Part shown: piece after piece, positions 1-8,968 of the stretch
Position numbering within the stretch: position 1 is the first letter of the stretch
Layout of the letters: each line of letters opens with the position of its first letter
Source: Candidatus Saccharimonadales bacterium
Lineage (GTDB): Bacteria; Patescibacteriota; Saccharimonadia; Saccharimonadales; DASZAF01
NCBI GenBank assembly: GCA_035480055.1
Contig: DATIIB010000006.1
Coordinates: 73,209-137,208 of the forward strand
Length of the DNA: 64,000 nucleotides
Reading direction: 5' to 3'
Translations under genes and position numbers: made by a program
The notes under the pieces: model-generated
The model's database searches: none
Seen by the model: the letters and a program-made list of their open reading frames with translations, nothing else
Told to the model about the DNA's origin: nothing

Positions 1-553
1 TCGCCGGATGGAAATACACTAACTCTTTGTTAGCCTGGCTGCTCAGCGCTCTAAAGTACTCCTTGCTGGTTTCCGAGCCGTCATAGCCCTGTGTGAGCAA
101 GCCATAGAGTACTCTGCTGGTACGGCCGTTGCCGTCTTGAAAGGGATGAATGACCGATAGTGCCAGTCCGGTCAATGTTGCAGCTTGCTCGATGTCATTA
201 AGGCTCTGTGCCGTGGCCAGTGCTTCCCTGAGTAGGGTTTCCCTGTGGTCGTTTGGAGGCGCGAGGTATGCCGTTCGTACTTCGCTCTGCTTACCGGTCT
301 CTTCATCTATGGTTATGCTACGGATCAGCCGACTACGGTGATCGTTGGGGTCAATTGCTTCGTTCACGTCGAACGTACATGATTCGTTAATTGTAGTGAT
401 TAAGCCAATAAACTCCTCGAACTCAAGGTTCTGGAAGTAGGCGAGCCGCGATTCCGGGCTGCTGAGATAAGACGACGCGTCCAGTATCTCCAGAGTGGTA
501 ACTACCCCGTCATGTTCGTGGGGGTTGATAGACAGCTCAGGCTGGAATGTCAT
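1..553 (-). CDS. Fic/DOC family protein, first 184 codons (gene continues past the left edge)
   Basis: The minus-strand frame is open from ATG 553..551 to position 1. It is missing from the ORF track because no stop lies in the window. My translation reads ...LALSVIHPFQDGNGRTSRVLYGLL..., and the Fic core motif HPFx[D/E]GNGR is encoded at 119-148. Confidence 0.8.
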   Translation of the reverse strand, partial: MTFQPELSINPHEHDGVVTTLEILDASSYLSSPESRLAYFQNLEFEEFIGLITTINESCTFDVNEAIDPNDHRSRLIRSITIDEETGKQSEVRTAYLAPPNDHRETLLREALATAQSLNDIEQAATLTGLALSVIHPFQDGNGRTSRVLYGLLTQGYDGSETSKEYFRALSSQANKELVYFHPA

Positions 554-559
554 TTCTAT

Positions 560-588
560 ATTATACAATACTGTATGAGATAGGTCAA
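560..588 (-). promoter_or_regulatory. sigma70-type promoter TTGACC-17nt-TATAAT, ending 6 nt before the Fic ATG
   Basis: On the minus strand, TTGACC lies at 588..583 and TATAAT at 565..560, separated by a 17-nt spacer. The ATG is at 553 and there is no Shine-Dalgarno sequence. Confidence 0.6.
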
Positions 589-598
589 ATATACTTGA

Positions 599-973
599 TC
601 AACGCTCCTGCAACTTTTCCCAAAAACAAAGCTTATAGCCATCTGGGTCTTTCATAATGAACTCTCGATTACCCCAATGCCAATCTTTTGGCTCCGTGGC
701 TGGTTTGAATCCGTGTTCGAGTAATTGCTTGTGAGTCATGTCTACGTCTTCAACATTGATGTAAATGTATACACCGCGCCCCTTATCGCTTGCCATTGCA
801 TCACGCGCAAACTTCTCTTCGTCACGCATGGTGACTAGGTCAATGACAAATCCATTTAAAGAAATTAGGGAATGCTCGTCGTCAGATTGCAACACTTCAA
901 ACCCCAGTTTCTTATAGAATTTTTCAGAGAGCTTGTTTTCTTGTACCCAGAATAGTAAATTTGTAATCTTCAT
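599..973 (-). CDS. VOC (glyoxalase/bleomycin-resistance/dioxygenase) family protein
   Basis: 124-aa ORF. The pattern FYKKLGFEV...GVYIYINVEDVD...GNREFIMKDPDGYKLCFWE is typical of the VOC beta-alpha-beta-beta-beta fold. The gene looks more AT-rich than its neighbours. Confidence 0.7.
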   Translation of the reverse strand: MKITNLLFWVQENKLSEKFYKKLGFEVLQSDDEHSLISLNGFVIDLVTMRDEEKFARDAMASDKGRGVYIYINVEDVDMTHKQLLEHGFKPATEPKDWHWGNREFIMKDPDGYKLCFWEKLQER

Positions 974-1040
974 ACTTTAATTATGTAACACGGTGGAATA
1001 GCTTCAAAGTTGTAATTACAACAGGCAACGCTTCGCTACA

Positions 1041-1069
1041 TTGCTTCTTTAAGGTATTTATGGTATAAT
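1041..1069 (+). promoter_or_regulatory. promoter TTGCTT-17nt-TGGTATAAT (extended -10)
   Basis: TTGCTT lies at 1041-1046 and TGG+TATAAT at 1061-1069, upstream of the ORF starting at 1100. Confidence 0.5.
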
Positions 1070-1099
1070 AACCTAACGTAAAACTATAGATGTCTATAT

Positions 1100-1912
1100 A
1101 TGGCCCTCAGTAGTCCCACCCAAGAATTATTCGTAGCCCCAGAGAGTTACTCAATTTCTGATACGCAAATCGAGGAAATTGAAGGCAAGCTCGCAGAGGT
1201 CATTGCTGCTCGAACTCAAGCAAGCTTGGGCGCCCTAGTGCTCGCCAGCCCAGATCCTGAAGGTTATTTTGGAGCTCTGGGACGGCGCTTGGAGGTGCGA
1301 GATGGAAAATTCTATGAGATGCCAGAGGAGATGAAGGATGCCGAAGCCGAGAGTACCTTTATTTATATGTTTGATGCCGAGGCGTTGGCTCAAGATCGGC
1401 TTCGCGTTACCCATGTGACTCGTTTTTTGCAACCATCTCAAGACAACGCATGGAAACTACCCAGCGAGCTAGCCGAAGAACTTGATGCTGACCTTGAGGA
1501 AATAAGTGAATACCACAATATAGACAGGCTTGAAGATTGCCTGTATCTGACCACTGATCTGGCCGTGGCCGATATCATGCCCACGAGATTCAAACCGTAT
1601 GGCCTGTTAGCGTACCGGGCATTTATGGAATATGGCACCGATCACGGCTACGAACACGTCTTCGCCTATATGAATCCGAAAACAATCCGCGGACTAGGGC
1701 GGCTAGGAATCACTCCAGTGACACTGTGCGGTCGCAGTGATTATGATATCCCGCCTATTGGTGGCATTAGCTTTGAGCAGTACCAGCCGTATGTGCTCAG
1801 CTCTTCACAGGGCCACCAAGCTTTTACCGATCCGGAATTTGCCCGCCGCACACGTTGGGGCGAGGTTGTTATGAACACTTCTGTGGAGCTGCTTGAGGTA
1901 GAAGAGAGCTGA
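1100..1912 (+). CDS. hypothetical protein (possibly a GNAT-like acyltransferase fold)
   Basis: 270-aa ORF with coding-like composition. The segment LLAYRAFMEYGTDHGYEHVFAYMNPKTIRGLGRLGI loosely resembles acyl-amino-acid or autoinducer-synthase-like GNAT proteins. No firm motif was found. Confidence 0.55.
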   Translation: MALSSPTQELFVAPESYSISDTQIEEIEGKLAEVIAARTQASLGALVLASPDPEGYFGALGRRLEVRDGKFYEMPEEMKDAEAESTFIYMFDAEALAQDRLRVTHVTRFLQPSQDNAWKLPSELAEELDADLEEISEYHNIDRLEDCLYLTTDLAVADIMPTRFKPYGLLAYRAFMEYGTDHGYEHVFAYMNPKTIRGLGRLGITPVTLCGRSDYDIPPIGGISFEQYQPYVLSSSQGHQAFTDPEFARRTRWGEVVMNTSVELLEVEES

Positions 1913-1919
1913 CTTGTTG

Positions 1920-2564
1920 CTATTTGCTCAGGTGATACGCTACTACAGATAGCCATCCGAAAGCGGTAATACCGGCGGCGGCAAAGAATATGCCAGTTGA
2001 GCTGGTGCTTCCCAGCCCAAGCACTACCAATATCGGAGCGACGACACCGGTGAATAGGCTATAACGAGCCCAAGTCTTTTGCCCCAAACTGCTGAAGCGG
2101 CGAGCGAGCACGAAACAGGACGCGATTAGAGACAAAAAAATGATAAAGAAAGCAACACTGTGCACCATGGCATGCGGGCTAAAGCTTGCTGGTTTGCCGC
2201 TGGGGGCTCCAGCTGGAAAGCCAAAGCCGGCGTCAGGTTTGAAAAACCCAGCCAGGATGAGCCCTAGGCCGTAGGTGGTAATGAGAAGTGGGCCCCAGGT
2301 CTTGCCTCGACCATTTGCCAATACCTGGCGCAACCCAACTGCGCATAGTAGGGCTAACGCACCAGCACCAATAAAGTTAGTCACCTGAATCCAGCCCATA
2401 CTGCCTAAGCTCAGCGAGCTCACAGCCAATTCCCTGGGGTTAAAGCCCGATCGAGTGAACATCTCGATAATGGCCACAACCCAGAAGGCAGGCGCAAGCA
2501 CGGTTCCGCAAAGGAGGAGTAGTTTAGTATTTTTAGTGTTGATAGAGTTGGTTGTTGTAATCAT
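1920..2564 (-). CDS. integral membrane protein (DUF998-like, about 6 TM segments)
   Basis: 214-aa hydrophobic ORF with repeated TM-length segments. The family assignment is from memory only. Confidence 0.55.
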   Translation of the reverse strand: MITTTNSINTKNTKLLLLCGTVLAPAFWVVAIIEMFTRSGFNPRELAVSSLSLGSMGWIQVTNFIGAGALALLCAVGLRQVLANGRGKTWGPLLITTYGLGLILAGFFKPDAGFGFPAGAPSGKPASFSPHAMVHSVAFFIIFLSLIASCFVLARRFSSLGQKTWARYSLFTGVVAPILVVLGLGSTSSTGIFFAAAGITAFGWLSVVAYHLSK

Positions 2565-2568
2565 GGCA

Positions 2569-3168
2569 TTATTCTTCGCTTTCTTGTAGTGACTTGTGAG
2601 ATCGTTTCGGTCGGTAAATAAGCTCGACAGCGCCTGAGCCGTAAGGTGTGGCGCTTATTAATTCGAGCGGGGTGCGCTCGGGGAAGAGCGCCCGGCCCGA
2701 GCCTAGCGCGATTGGGGACATGTCGAGTCGGTATTCGTCGATGAGGTCGTACTCGATGAATGTGCGGGCGGTGTTAACGCCGCCGTAGACCACAATCTCG
2801 CCGCCAGGTTGTTTTTTTAGCTCCTGGATGTGGCGCACCATTTCTTCATCATCTGTGGCCAATAGTAGGGTGGCGTTGGTCCACGCGAGCGCTTCTTGGC
2901 GGGTCGAAATTACCAGCTTGGGCATGTCGTTCATGAGCTTGGCAAAGTCGCGGTCGGCCTGGCTAGACTTGGGGTTCTTCTCTGCGCCGGGCCAATATTC
3001 GGCGAGTTCTTGGTAGAGGTTGAAGCCCATCACTGCGGTAGCGTGCTCAGCCCATTCGTAGTGGCGGGTGGTCATGGCCGGATCGAAGGCCATCCAGTCG
3101 AGCGAACCGTCAGGGGCGCTGAGGAAACCATCGAGCGTGGTCATCATTTGCAAAATTACTTTTCGCAT
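2569..3168 (-). CDS. dihydrofolate reductase family protein (RibD C-terminal domain type)
   Basis: The N-terminus MRKVILQMMTTLDGFLSAPDGSLDWM and the segment GGEIVVYGGVNTARTFIEYDLIDEY are characteristic of this family. Confidence 0.75.
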   Translation of the reverse strand: MRKVILQMMTTLDGFLSAPDGSLDWMAFDPAMTTRHYEWAEHATAVMGFNLYQELAEYWPGAEKNPKSSQADRDFAKLMNDMPKLVISTRQEALAWTNATLLLATDDEEMVRHIQELKKQPGGEIVVYGGVNTARTFIEYDLIDEYRLDMSPIALGSGRALFPERTPLELISATPYGSGAVELIYRPKRSHKSLQESEE

Positions 3169-3195
3169 ATAGTGGTCTCCTGTCTATTTTGGATT

Positions 3196-3987
3196 TTATG
3201 CGCCAAAGAATTCTATGAGGACGGGCGCGATAACCTTGGGGTCGACTCCGTGGTCCTGGCCGGGCAAAGTGCGGTACTGCGCGCCGTCGATGGCGTCAGC
3301 CACGGCCTTGGTGGTTTCAAGAATCCAACCCCAACTCGCGCCACCGTCGATGGCAATGGTCGGGATTTTGATCTTGGCCAGCTCCGCCTTTGGGACCAGG
3401 AAGTCGCCAGCGGGCCCAGCGGTCAGGGCAGCGTCGTAAGGCAAACTGTGGGCAAATTTACGCATGCCTTCCCACATCGGTTGGCTCTTCATTCCGGCGA
3501 CTGCTGGGGCGGGGATGCCGACGAGCTTGGTCAAGAAGTACTCCATGGTGTCGCTCCATTTGTCTTTAGCCATGAGGTCCATCAAATGCTTGGGTGCACC
3601 GGCGGGAAGCTCGCGTTCACCCTTGCCAGTGCTAAAAGGTGGCTCAAATACCGCGATCTTGGTGATCCCGATGCCGCTCGAAGCCGCCAGTAACGTCAGG
3701 GCTGCACCCGACGATTGACCGTAGATGTAAGCTTCGCCACCAGCAGTTTCAATGACTGCGGCCAGGTCTTCGACTTCGCGCTGCGTGCTGTAAGGCTGAG
3801 TGTCGCCGCTGTCGCCGCGCCCACGCCGGTCGTAGTTATAGACTGTGAAATGGTCGGACAGCTCGGGGATGAACCCCTTATATTCCTGGCGATCCATAAA
3901 AGCCGCAGGGACGAGAATCAGCGCTGGTCCTTGGCCGGTTTTATCATACGCGATTGTGGTGCCGTCTTTAGATTGTACTGTGTGCAT
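3196..3987 (-). CDS. alpha/beta hydrolase
   Basis: The ORF track extends this frame to 4083. An internal ATG at 3987 is preceded by AAGGAG and avoids overlap with the divergent AraC gene. The nucleophile elbow is GQSSGA. Confidence 0.8.
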   Translation of the reverse strand: MHTVQSKDGTTIAYDKTGQGPALILVPAAFMDRQEYKGFIPELSDHFTVYNYDRRGRGDSGDTQPYSTQREVEDLAAVIETAGGEAYIYGQSSGAALTLLAASSGIGITKIAVFEPPFSTGKGERELPAGAPKHLMDLMAKDKWSDTMEYFLTKLVGIPAPAVAGMKSQPMWEGMRKFAHSLPYDAALTAGPAGDFLVPKAELAKIKIPTIAIDGGASWGWILETTKAVADAIDGAQYRTLPGQDHGVDPKVIAPVLIEFFGA

Positions 3988-4032
3988 AAAATTTCTCCTT
4001 GAGTTAGATGCTCTGTAGGTATAATAAGGCTC

Positions 4033-4863
4033 ATGATCGTCAAAAACTTGCAAAAAACCGCAGCCAATTTCCATGAATTGCATTATCCGCTTGATGGTGA
4101 CTTTGATATTAAAGATTTTGCCCCGTACTTTGACCTGAATTTCTACCAGCCATCACCGGATTTGGCGCCTTTCGTGGTGTATTACAGCGTGCTGCGCCCG
4201 AAGATTGCTTACGGCAAGACCCTCACAATGAGCATGGCTATGCAAACGCCTGGAGCTGGGCTACTCGTGAGCAAGCGGACAGCCAAGGTCTTTGGCGTGA
4301 CGACAGGCCAAATTATCAACCGCATCACTGGCGATACCATTAAGGTGCGGGCGCACTTTCGGCCGGCCGGGTTTTATGCATTTTGGGACAAGCCGATGTC
4401 GGAGCTGGTGGATCAAGCGCTGCCATTGGCCGAGGTCTTTCCGGCGGCGGATAGTGCATTCGTCGCCGACTTGCTGGCCTGCCCACGAGACCTTGAGGTG
4501 GTGTCGCGCCTGGAATCGTTACTGCGTCAAAAGCAGCCGGTGTACGACAAGAATATTGGAGTGGTAGACGATATCATCCAGAAGATTGAAGATGACGAAC
4601 TGTATACGGTGGCAGAGGTGGCCAAGGCTTGCGCTAAGAGCGAGCGCACTTTGCAGCAGCTGTTTTATACCTATGTTGGCGTTGGGATCAAACGGATCAT
4701 CATGCGCAATCGAATTATGAAGGCGATGCAACTGGCTGATGCTGCGGATAAAATTAATTGGACCACGATTGCCGCCGATTTAGGCTACAGTACGCAGTCG
4801 CACTTTGTGCATGATTTTAAAAAGTTAGCTGGGTATCCACCTTCCAAGTTTCGTACGCAATAA
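4033..4863 (+). CDS. AraC family transcriptional regulator
   Basis: The C-terminal double HTH reads TVAEVAKACAKSERTLQQLF...DLGYSTQSHFVHDFKKLAGYPPSKFR. TATAAT at 4020-4025 ends 7 nt before the ATG. Confidence 0.85.
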   Translation: MIVKNLQKTAANFHELHYPLDGDFDIKDFAPYFDLNFYQPSPDLAPFVVYYSVLRPKIAYGKTLTMSMAMQTPGAGLLVSKRTAKVFGVTTGQIINRITGDTIKVRAHFRPAGFYAFWDKPMSELVDQALPLAEVFPAADSAFVADLLACPRDLEVVSRLESLLRQKQPVYDKNIGVVDDIIQKIEDDELYTVAEVAKACAKSERTLQQLFYTYVGVGIKRIIMRNRIMKAMQLADAADKINWTTIAADLGYSTQSHFVHDFKKLAGYPPSKFRTQ

Positions 4864-4923
4864 CGGACGCTCAGGACTAAGTGATTATGCTATTATTTGT
4901 ATTGGTAAAATAAGGAGCAAAGT

Positions 4924-5973
4924 ATGAAATACCGATCATTTTTTGCAAAAGTATCGCACTATTTTGTTTTGGCGCTTGTGCTCGGCATGGTTTTTCTGCC
5001 AGCTCAGACGCATGCCCTTTCTAGCTCGCCCTGTCAGCAGTTGCAGCTGCCGGTTGCACTTGTCCCCGGCGGGCCTGCAGACCAGACCATCTCGGCACAA
5101 CTTTGTACGCCAAATTCTTGGTCAGGTGAACACCAAATAGACATTCTTAGCCCCGGCGCAACCTATAATCGCACTTACTGGGATTGGCCGCAGCAGCCAG
5201 AGCTGTACTCATATGCCCAAAAGACGCTGCAATCTGGACGAGCCGTATTACTCTACGATCGAGTGGGATCGGGCCAAAGTAGCCATCCATTAAGCGCTGC
5301 CATTACCTATGAGGGCGAGGCATATATCTTGCATCAGCTGGTCCAATGGTCTCGTCATCAGGGATATGCAGCGGTCAATACAGTTGGCCATTCGTATGGA
5401 TCAATGTTGGGCGTTGCCGAGGACGCTTCGTATAAGGACGTTGATCGAGTGGTGCTCACTGGACTTCTGCATACGATAGTCACACCGGGCTTTGTATCCG
5501 CGATAGGTTCGGCTTATCCTGCGGCGCTCGATCCACTCTTTTTAGGGAAGACTCTTGATGCAGGCTATATCACCACAGAACCTGGGACTAGAGGAGGCGA
5601 CTTCTATAACACGGCCACAGCTGACCCGGCGGTTATCGCCTATGACGAGACACACAAAGACATGATAACCTCTACAGGGTTAGGCGAGGCCGTCACTGCG
5701 ACAGCCGTGCCGTCTTCATTGAACATCTCGCGGCAAGTTACTGCACCTGTGCTTCTTATTGCAGGGCAGGAGGATGGTATATTTTGTCAGCCGCAACTAC
5801 TCGCATTGGACTGCAGCAATAGTGAAGCGGTGCGCACCTTTGAAGCCGCATATTTTCCAAATGCAGCGAATCTCACCGCGGTCACCGTTCCCGGCACAGG
5901 CCATGATCTCACGTTACATCCATCGGCCACCGACTCATTCAAGAGTATTGACGCCTGGATGAAGGCGCATTAG
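4924..5973 (+). CDS. secreted alpha/beta hydrolase
   Basis: The protein has an N-terminal signal-like hydrophobic segment and the nucleophile elbow GHSYGS. AAGGAG lies upstream of the ATG. Confidence 0.7.
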   Translation: MKYRSFFAKVSHYFVLALVLGMVFLPAQTHALSSSPCQQLQLPVALVPGGPADQTISAQLCTPNSWSGEHQIDILSPGATYNRTYWDWPQQPELYSYAQKTLQSGRAVLLYDRVGSGQSSHPLSAAITYEGEAYILHQLVQWSRHQGYAAVNTVGHSYGSMLGVAEDASYKDVDRVVLTGLLHTIVTPGFVSAIGSAYPAALDPLFLGKTLDAGYITTEPGTRGGDFYNTATADPAVIAYDETHKDMITSTGLGEAVTATAVPSSLNISRQVTAPVLLIAGQEDGIFCQPQLLALDCSNSEAVRTFEAAYFPNAANLTAVTVPGTGHDLTLHPSATDSFKSIDAWMKAH

Positions 5974-6039
5974 CTAGCCTACTTATCCGTATGTACTTAT
6001 CGCTTGTCTAGGGATATTATTTACCCATGCAGAGGGCAT

Positions 6040-7287
6040 ATGGATAAGGTACTAATAGACGTTGGGTCATCCACGGTGAAAGTATATAAACTCACGGATG
6101 GCAAACTTCTTCCTATAGAAACGAAGAGTATCCATTTTAAAGAAGATTTTGATCCAGCGCAGGGCATTACTGAATCAAATAAAGACATCCTAATCGAGTA
6201 TATCAATCAACTCAAAAAAAGATCCCCTGGGGGGATTAAAATTTTCGCCACGGCCATCTTCCGCAAGTTTGATGAGGCCGCGCGACAGGATTTTGGAGAC
6301 GAGTTCTTTAGACGAACTGATCTCTTTTTTTACATTGTCCCGCACGACCTCGAGGGTTATTACCTGGAGATGGCGTTGGCGGGCAAGAACACTCTTATCG
6401 ATCCACTGTTGCTCATTAATATCGGCGGCGGTTCAACTGAGCTAATCGTCACTCGTGGGACGGAAGTGATTGACCGGCACAATCTGGATATTGGGGTGAT
6501 GACCGTGCTCAAAGATTTTCCTTATATCAATAATGCCACCTCGGAGCATGTGCTGGCAGACGTTGTCCAGGGGATACAAGCTAAGCTACCGCCGACGACT
6601 CTTAAGACGCCCATCGCGATGTACAACGGGGGTGAGCTCACCTATATGAATTTGGCAGGGTATAAGCTCGAACTCAATACCGTCCTTAAAGACGAAGATC
6701 ATCCCTCAATGATTCGCGTGCAGGATTTTAGCAAGCGTAACGAGCAAGTTTTTCGCGAGGTGACATTGAAGTCCCTGGAAGCGCTTATGCCCAATGATCC
6801 GTTGTGGATGCACGGGGCACGAGCCTGCTCAGCGATAGCTCAGGCGATATGCGAGCATTTTGGGGTCGGCACGATTATTCCTTCGGATTCGAACATGGTG
6901 CATGGGGTTGTACGGCAGGAGTTTCGTACGGTTGTATTGAGCGGAAGTTTCAGAAAGCACCTCGAGTATATTCTTAAGGTAAAGAAAGAACTGGCCCAAA
7001 AGAATATCCAGATTTTGAGCCCGCGCTTTGAAGAGCCAAAGAACCCGGGTGAAGAATTTGTGGTGTTTGATGGCGAGGAAGGACTGTCGCCCCTTGACCT
7101 GGAACGATACCACTTGGATATGATCGACCAATGCGATGCCTTGGTTATCTGTTCACCCGGAGGCTATGTCGGTGCCTCTGCCTTGATTGAATTTGGATAT
7201 GCACAAGCTAAAGGCAAACGGATTATTTTTACTGAGAAACCAGAGGAGTTTATGCTGGGCACTTTACCTGCAGAAGTAGGTCTCTAA
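6040..7287 (+). CDS. fusion protein: Ppx/GppA-like ASKHA domain + nucleoside 2-deoxyribosyltransferase-like domain
   Basis: The N-terminal part (about 6040-6918) has the ASKHA phosphate motifs LIDVGSSTVKVY and INIGGGSTELIV. The C-terminal part (about 6925-7248) reads VVLSGSF...DALVICSPGGYVGASALIEFGYAQAKGKRIIF, an NDT-like pattern with a Glu in IEFGYA. The track starts the ORF at TTG 6004, but ATG 6040 is more likely. Confidence 0.7.
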   Translation: MDKVLIDVGSSTVKVYKLTDGKLLPIETKSIHFKEDFDPAQGITESNKDILIEYINQLKKRSPGGIKIFATAIFRKFDEAARQDFGDEFFRRTDLFFYIVPHDLEGYYLEMALAGKNTLIDPLLLINIGGGSTELIVTRGTEVIDRHNLDIGVMTVLKDFPYINNATSEHVLADVVQGIQAKLPPTTLKTPIAMYNGGELTYMNLAGYKLELNTVLKDEDHPSMIRVQDFSKRNEQVFREVTLKSLEALMPNDPLWMHGARACSAIAQAICEHFGVGTIIPSDSNMVHGVVRQEFRTVVLSGSFRKHLEYILKVKKELAQKNIQILSPRFEEPKNPGEEFVVFDGEEGLSPLDLERYHLDMIDQCDALVICSPGGYVGASALIEFGYAQAKGKRIIFTEKPEEFMLGTLPAEVGL

Positions 7288-7307
7288 CATCTAAAAGAGG
7301 ATATCCC

Positions 7308-7982
7308 ATGAATAGAGTAGTGGGATTTGCCGGCAAAGCAGAAACCGGCAAATCAACAGCAGCAGAAATGCTGCATACTATTGTGCGCCCCCAAAACGGG
7401 CAGCACTTGGAGTTTTCTAGTCCAATCCTTTCCTTGGCTCAGCAGTGGATGAGCATCTCACTCCCGGGCGCAGATTCTCGCACAGTAATTGAGAATCTTC
7501 GGGATCTTATTACTGAGGCTCATGCTGAACTGGTTGAGGCGCTTGTGAAGTCGGGGTTGGAATCGGATGGTTTGCAAGAGTATTTGGAGAATCGCACATC
7601 GGCACCAATTACCCCCGAGACAAAAGGAGCGCATCGGCAGCTGCTCGAGTGGTTGGGTAAAGGCGCGGTCGATCATATTGGCCCTACTTTTTGGGCTGAC
7701 AAACTGGAGATGAAAGCCCGCTCATCTCTGGAGGAAGGCGCCGACCTTCTGACAATCGGCGGAGTACGTTCAGGCTACGACGCACAGGTGGTGAGGAATC
7801 TTGGAGGGAGCATCATTCGTCTAACTCGGGGCAGAAAAACCCCAATACTTCCTTCGGAAGCGGGCTTAGAATCCTGGAGTGCTGATTTCGACATACCGAA
7901 CGATAGCACGCTTGAAGATTTACGGTATGCGATTTTTCAAGCTTGGGCTTCAACCATTGATCAGGCTAGGGAGGGTTCTTAA
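7308..7982 (+). CDS. P-loop kinase, deoxynucleoside-monophosphate-kinase-like
   Basis: The Walker A motif is GFAGKAETGKST. The later segments TIGGVRSGYDAQVVRNLGGSIIRLTRG and SEAGLESWSADFDIPNDSTLEDL resemble phage/bacterial dNMP kinases. Confidence 0.6.
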   Translation: MNRVVGFAGKAETGKSTAAEMLHTIVRPQNGQHLEFSSPILSLAQQWMSISLPGADSRTVIENLRDLITEAHAELVEALVKSGLESDGLQEYLENRTSAPITPETKGAHRQLLEWLGKGAVDHIGPTFWADKLEMKARSSLEEGADLLTIGGVRSGYDAQVVRNLGGSIIRLTRGRKTPILPSEAGLESWSADFDIPNDSTLEDLRYAIFQAWASTIDQAREGS

Positions 7983-8446
7983 GCCAGCTCTTCCTCAATC
8001 TTCTTCGTGTGCGTCTTTACGTTTTCGGTAAAGCGCGTCAAAAAATCTGCGATCACTTTAAGCTCCTGGTCTGAGTAGCTGGCAATCAGCTCATTGTGAG
8101 CTTGCTGCACGCCAGCAACGAGTGGCCGTGAGGTCTTGGCTGATTCCGGATTGATCTCGATGAAGAGCCCGCGCCGGTCTTTCGGATTTGGTTTACGGGT
8201 AATAAACTTGGCTTTTTCTAAGCGATCCAGCATTGCGGTGGTTGAACCGGTAGTTAGGCCGGTAAAACGCGCGAGTTCGGTAGGCGTAGAAGTGCCGCGT
8301 ATGGTGAGGAGACTCAGGCATTCTGAATCGGTGACGTTCAGGCCAAGCCGCCTGCCAATGGCATTCCGAAAGAGCACCGAGCTAATGCCTTGCTCGCGTG
8401 CGGCAATGAAAACCTGTTTTTGTAATTCTTCTTTTGTCTGAGTCAT
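7979..8446 (-). CDS. MarR family transcriptional regulator
   Basis: The winged-HTH region reads LTIRGTSTPTELARFTGLTTGSTTAMLDRLEKAKFITRKPNPKDRR. Confidence 0.85.
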   Translation of the reverse strand: MTQTKEELQKQVFIAAREQGISSVLFRNAIGRRLGLNVTDSECLSLLTIRGTSTPTELARFTGLTTGSTTAMLDRLEKAKFITRKPNPKDRRGLFIEINPESAKTSRPLVAGVQQAHNELIASYSDQELKVIADFLTRFTENVKTHTKKIEEELA

Positions 8447-8534
8447 AGTTTGCTAATTGTTGACAGTAGCTTTAATATCAAGTAAATTGATTATACGACT
8501 ATATTATAAAAATTGCAACAGGAAAGGACCCACT

Positions 8535-8912
8535 ATGCAAGTTATAGATAAACTGATGATGTTCAGCCTGGCGGTTACCGACATGCCAACTGCCAAGACA
8601 TTTTACGAGGACAAACTGGGCCTCAAAGTGACCACCGATTATCGCCAAGATGACGACAACTGGTGGGTCTCGTTGGCTCTTCCCGAAGGCGACATGACCA
8701 TCACTCTCTCGACTCACCATGGCAACATGAAGCCAGGCAGTATGGTGATGTACTTTGCAACTTCAGACATTACCGCAGCTCACGACGCACTCACTGGCAA
8801 AGAGGTAAAGGTGGGCAAAATTGGCGATGATCTCCACGGTCCTGGCTCTGGCACCAAGTGGTTCAACTTTAAGGACCCCGATGGTAATTTGATTCACATC
8901 GAACAAGCCTAA
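8535..8912 (+). CDS. VOC/glyoxalase family protein
   Basis: The internal ATG at 8535 is preceded by AGGAAAGGA. The segments AKTFYEDKLGLKV and FNFKDPDGNLIHIEQ fit the VOC family. The gene is divergent from the MarR gene. Confidence 0.75.
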   Translation: MQVIDKLMMFSLAVTDMPTAKTFYEDKLGLKVTTDYRQDDDNWWVSLALPEGDMTITLSTHHGNMKPGSMVMYFATSDITAAHDALTGKEVKVGKIGDDLHGPGSGTKWFNFKDPDGNLIHIEQA

Positions 8913-8968
8913 GGCATCTGTCCTTTATGAGAGTGGTATCATAAGAATACCGAAACTGGAGGACACTT

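Noticed and set aside
2896-3693. 265-aa plus-strand ORF across the DHFR-family and hydrolase genes
   Set aside because: It is antisense to two well-supported minus-strand genes.
3988-4083. N-terminal extensions of track ORFs (this one, also 14570-14821, 17251-17331, 20458-20499, 34025-34141, 38561-38623, 46539-46682 and 55069-55131)
   Set aside because: The extensions would overlap divergent or upstream genes. They lack homology-like sequence, and internal ATGs with an SD or a -10 box give canonical N-termini.
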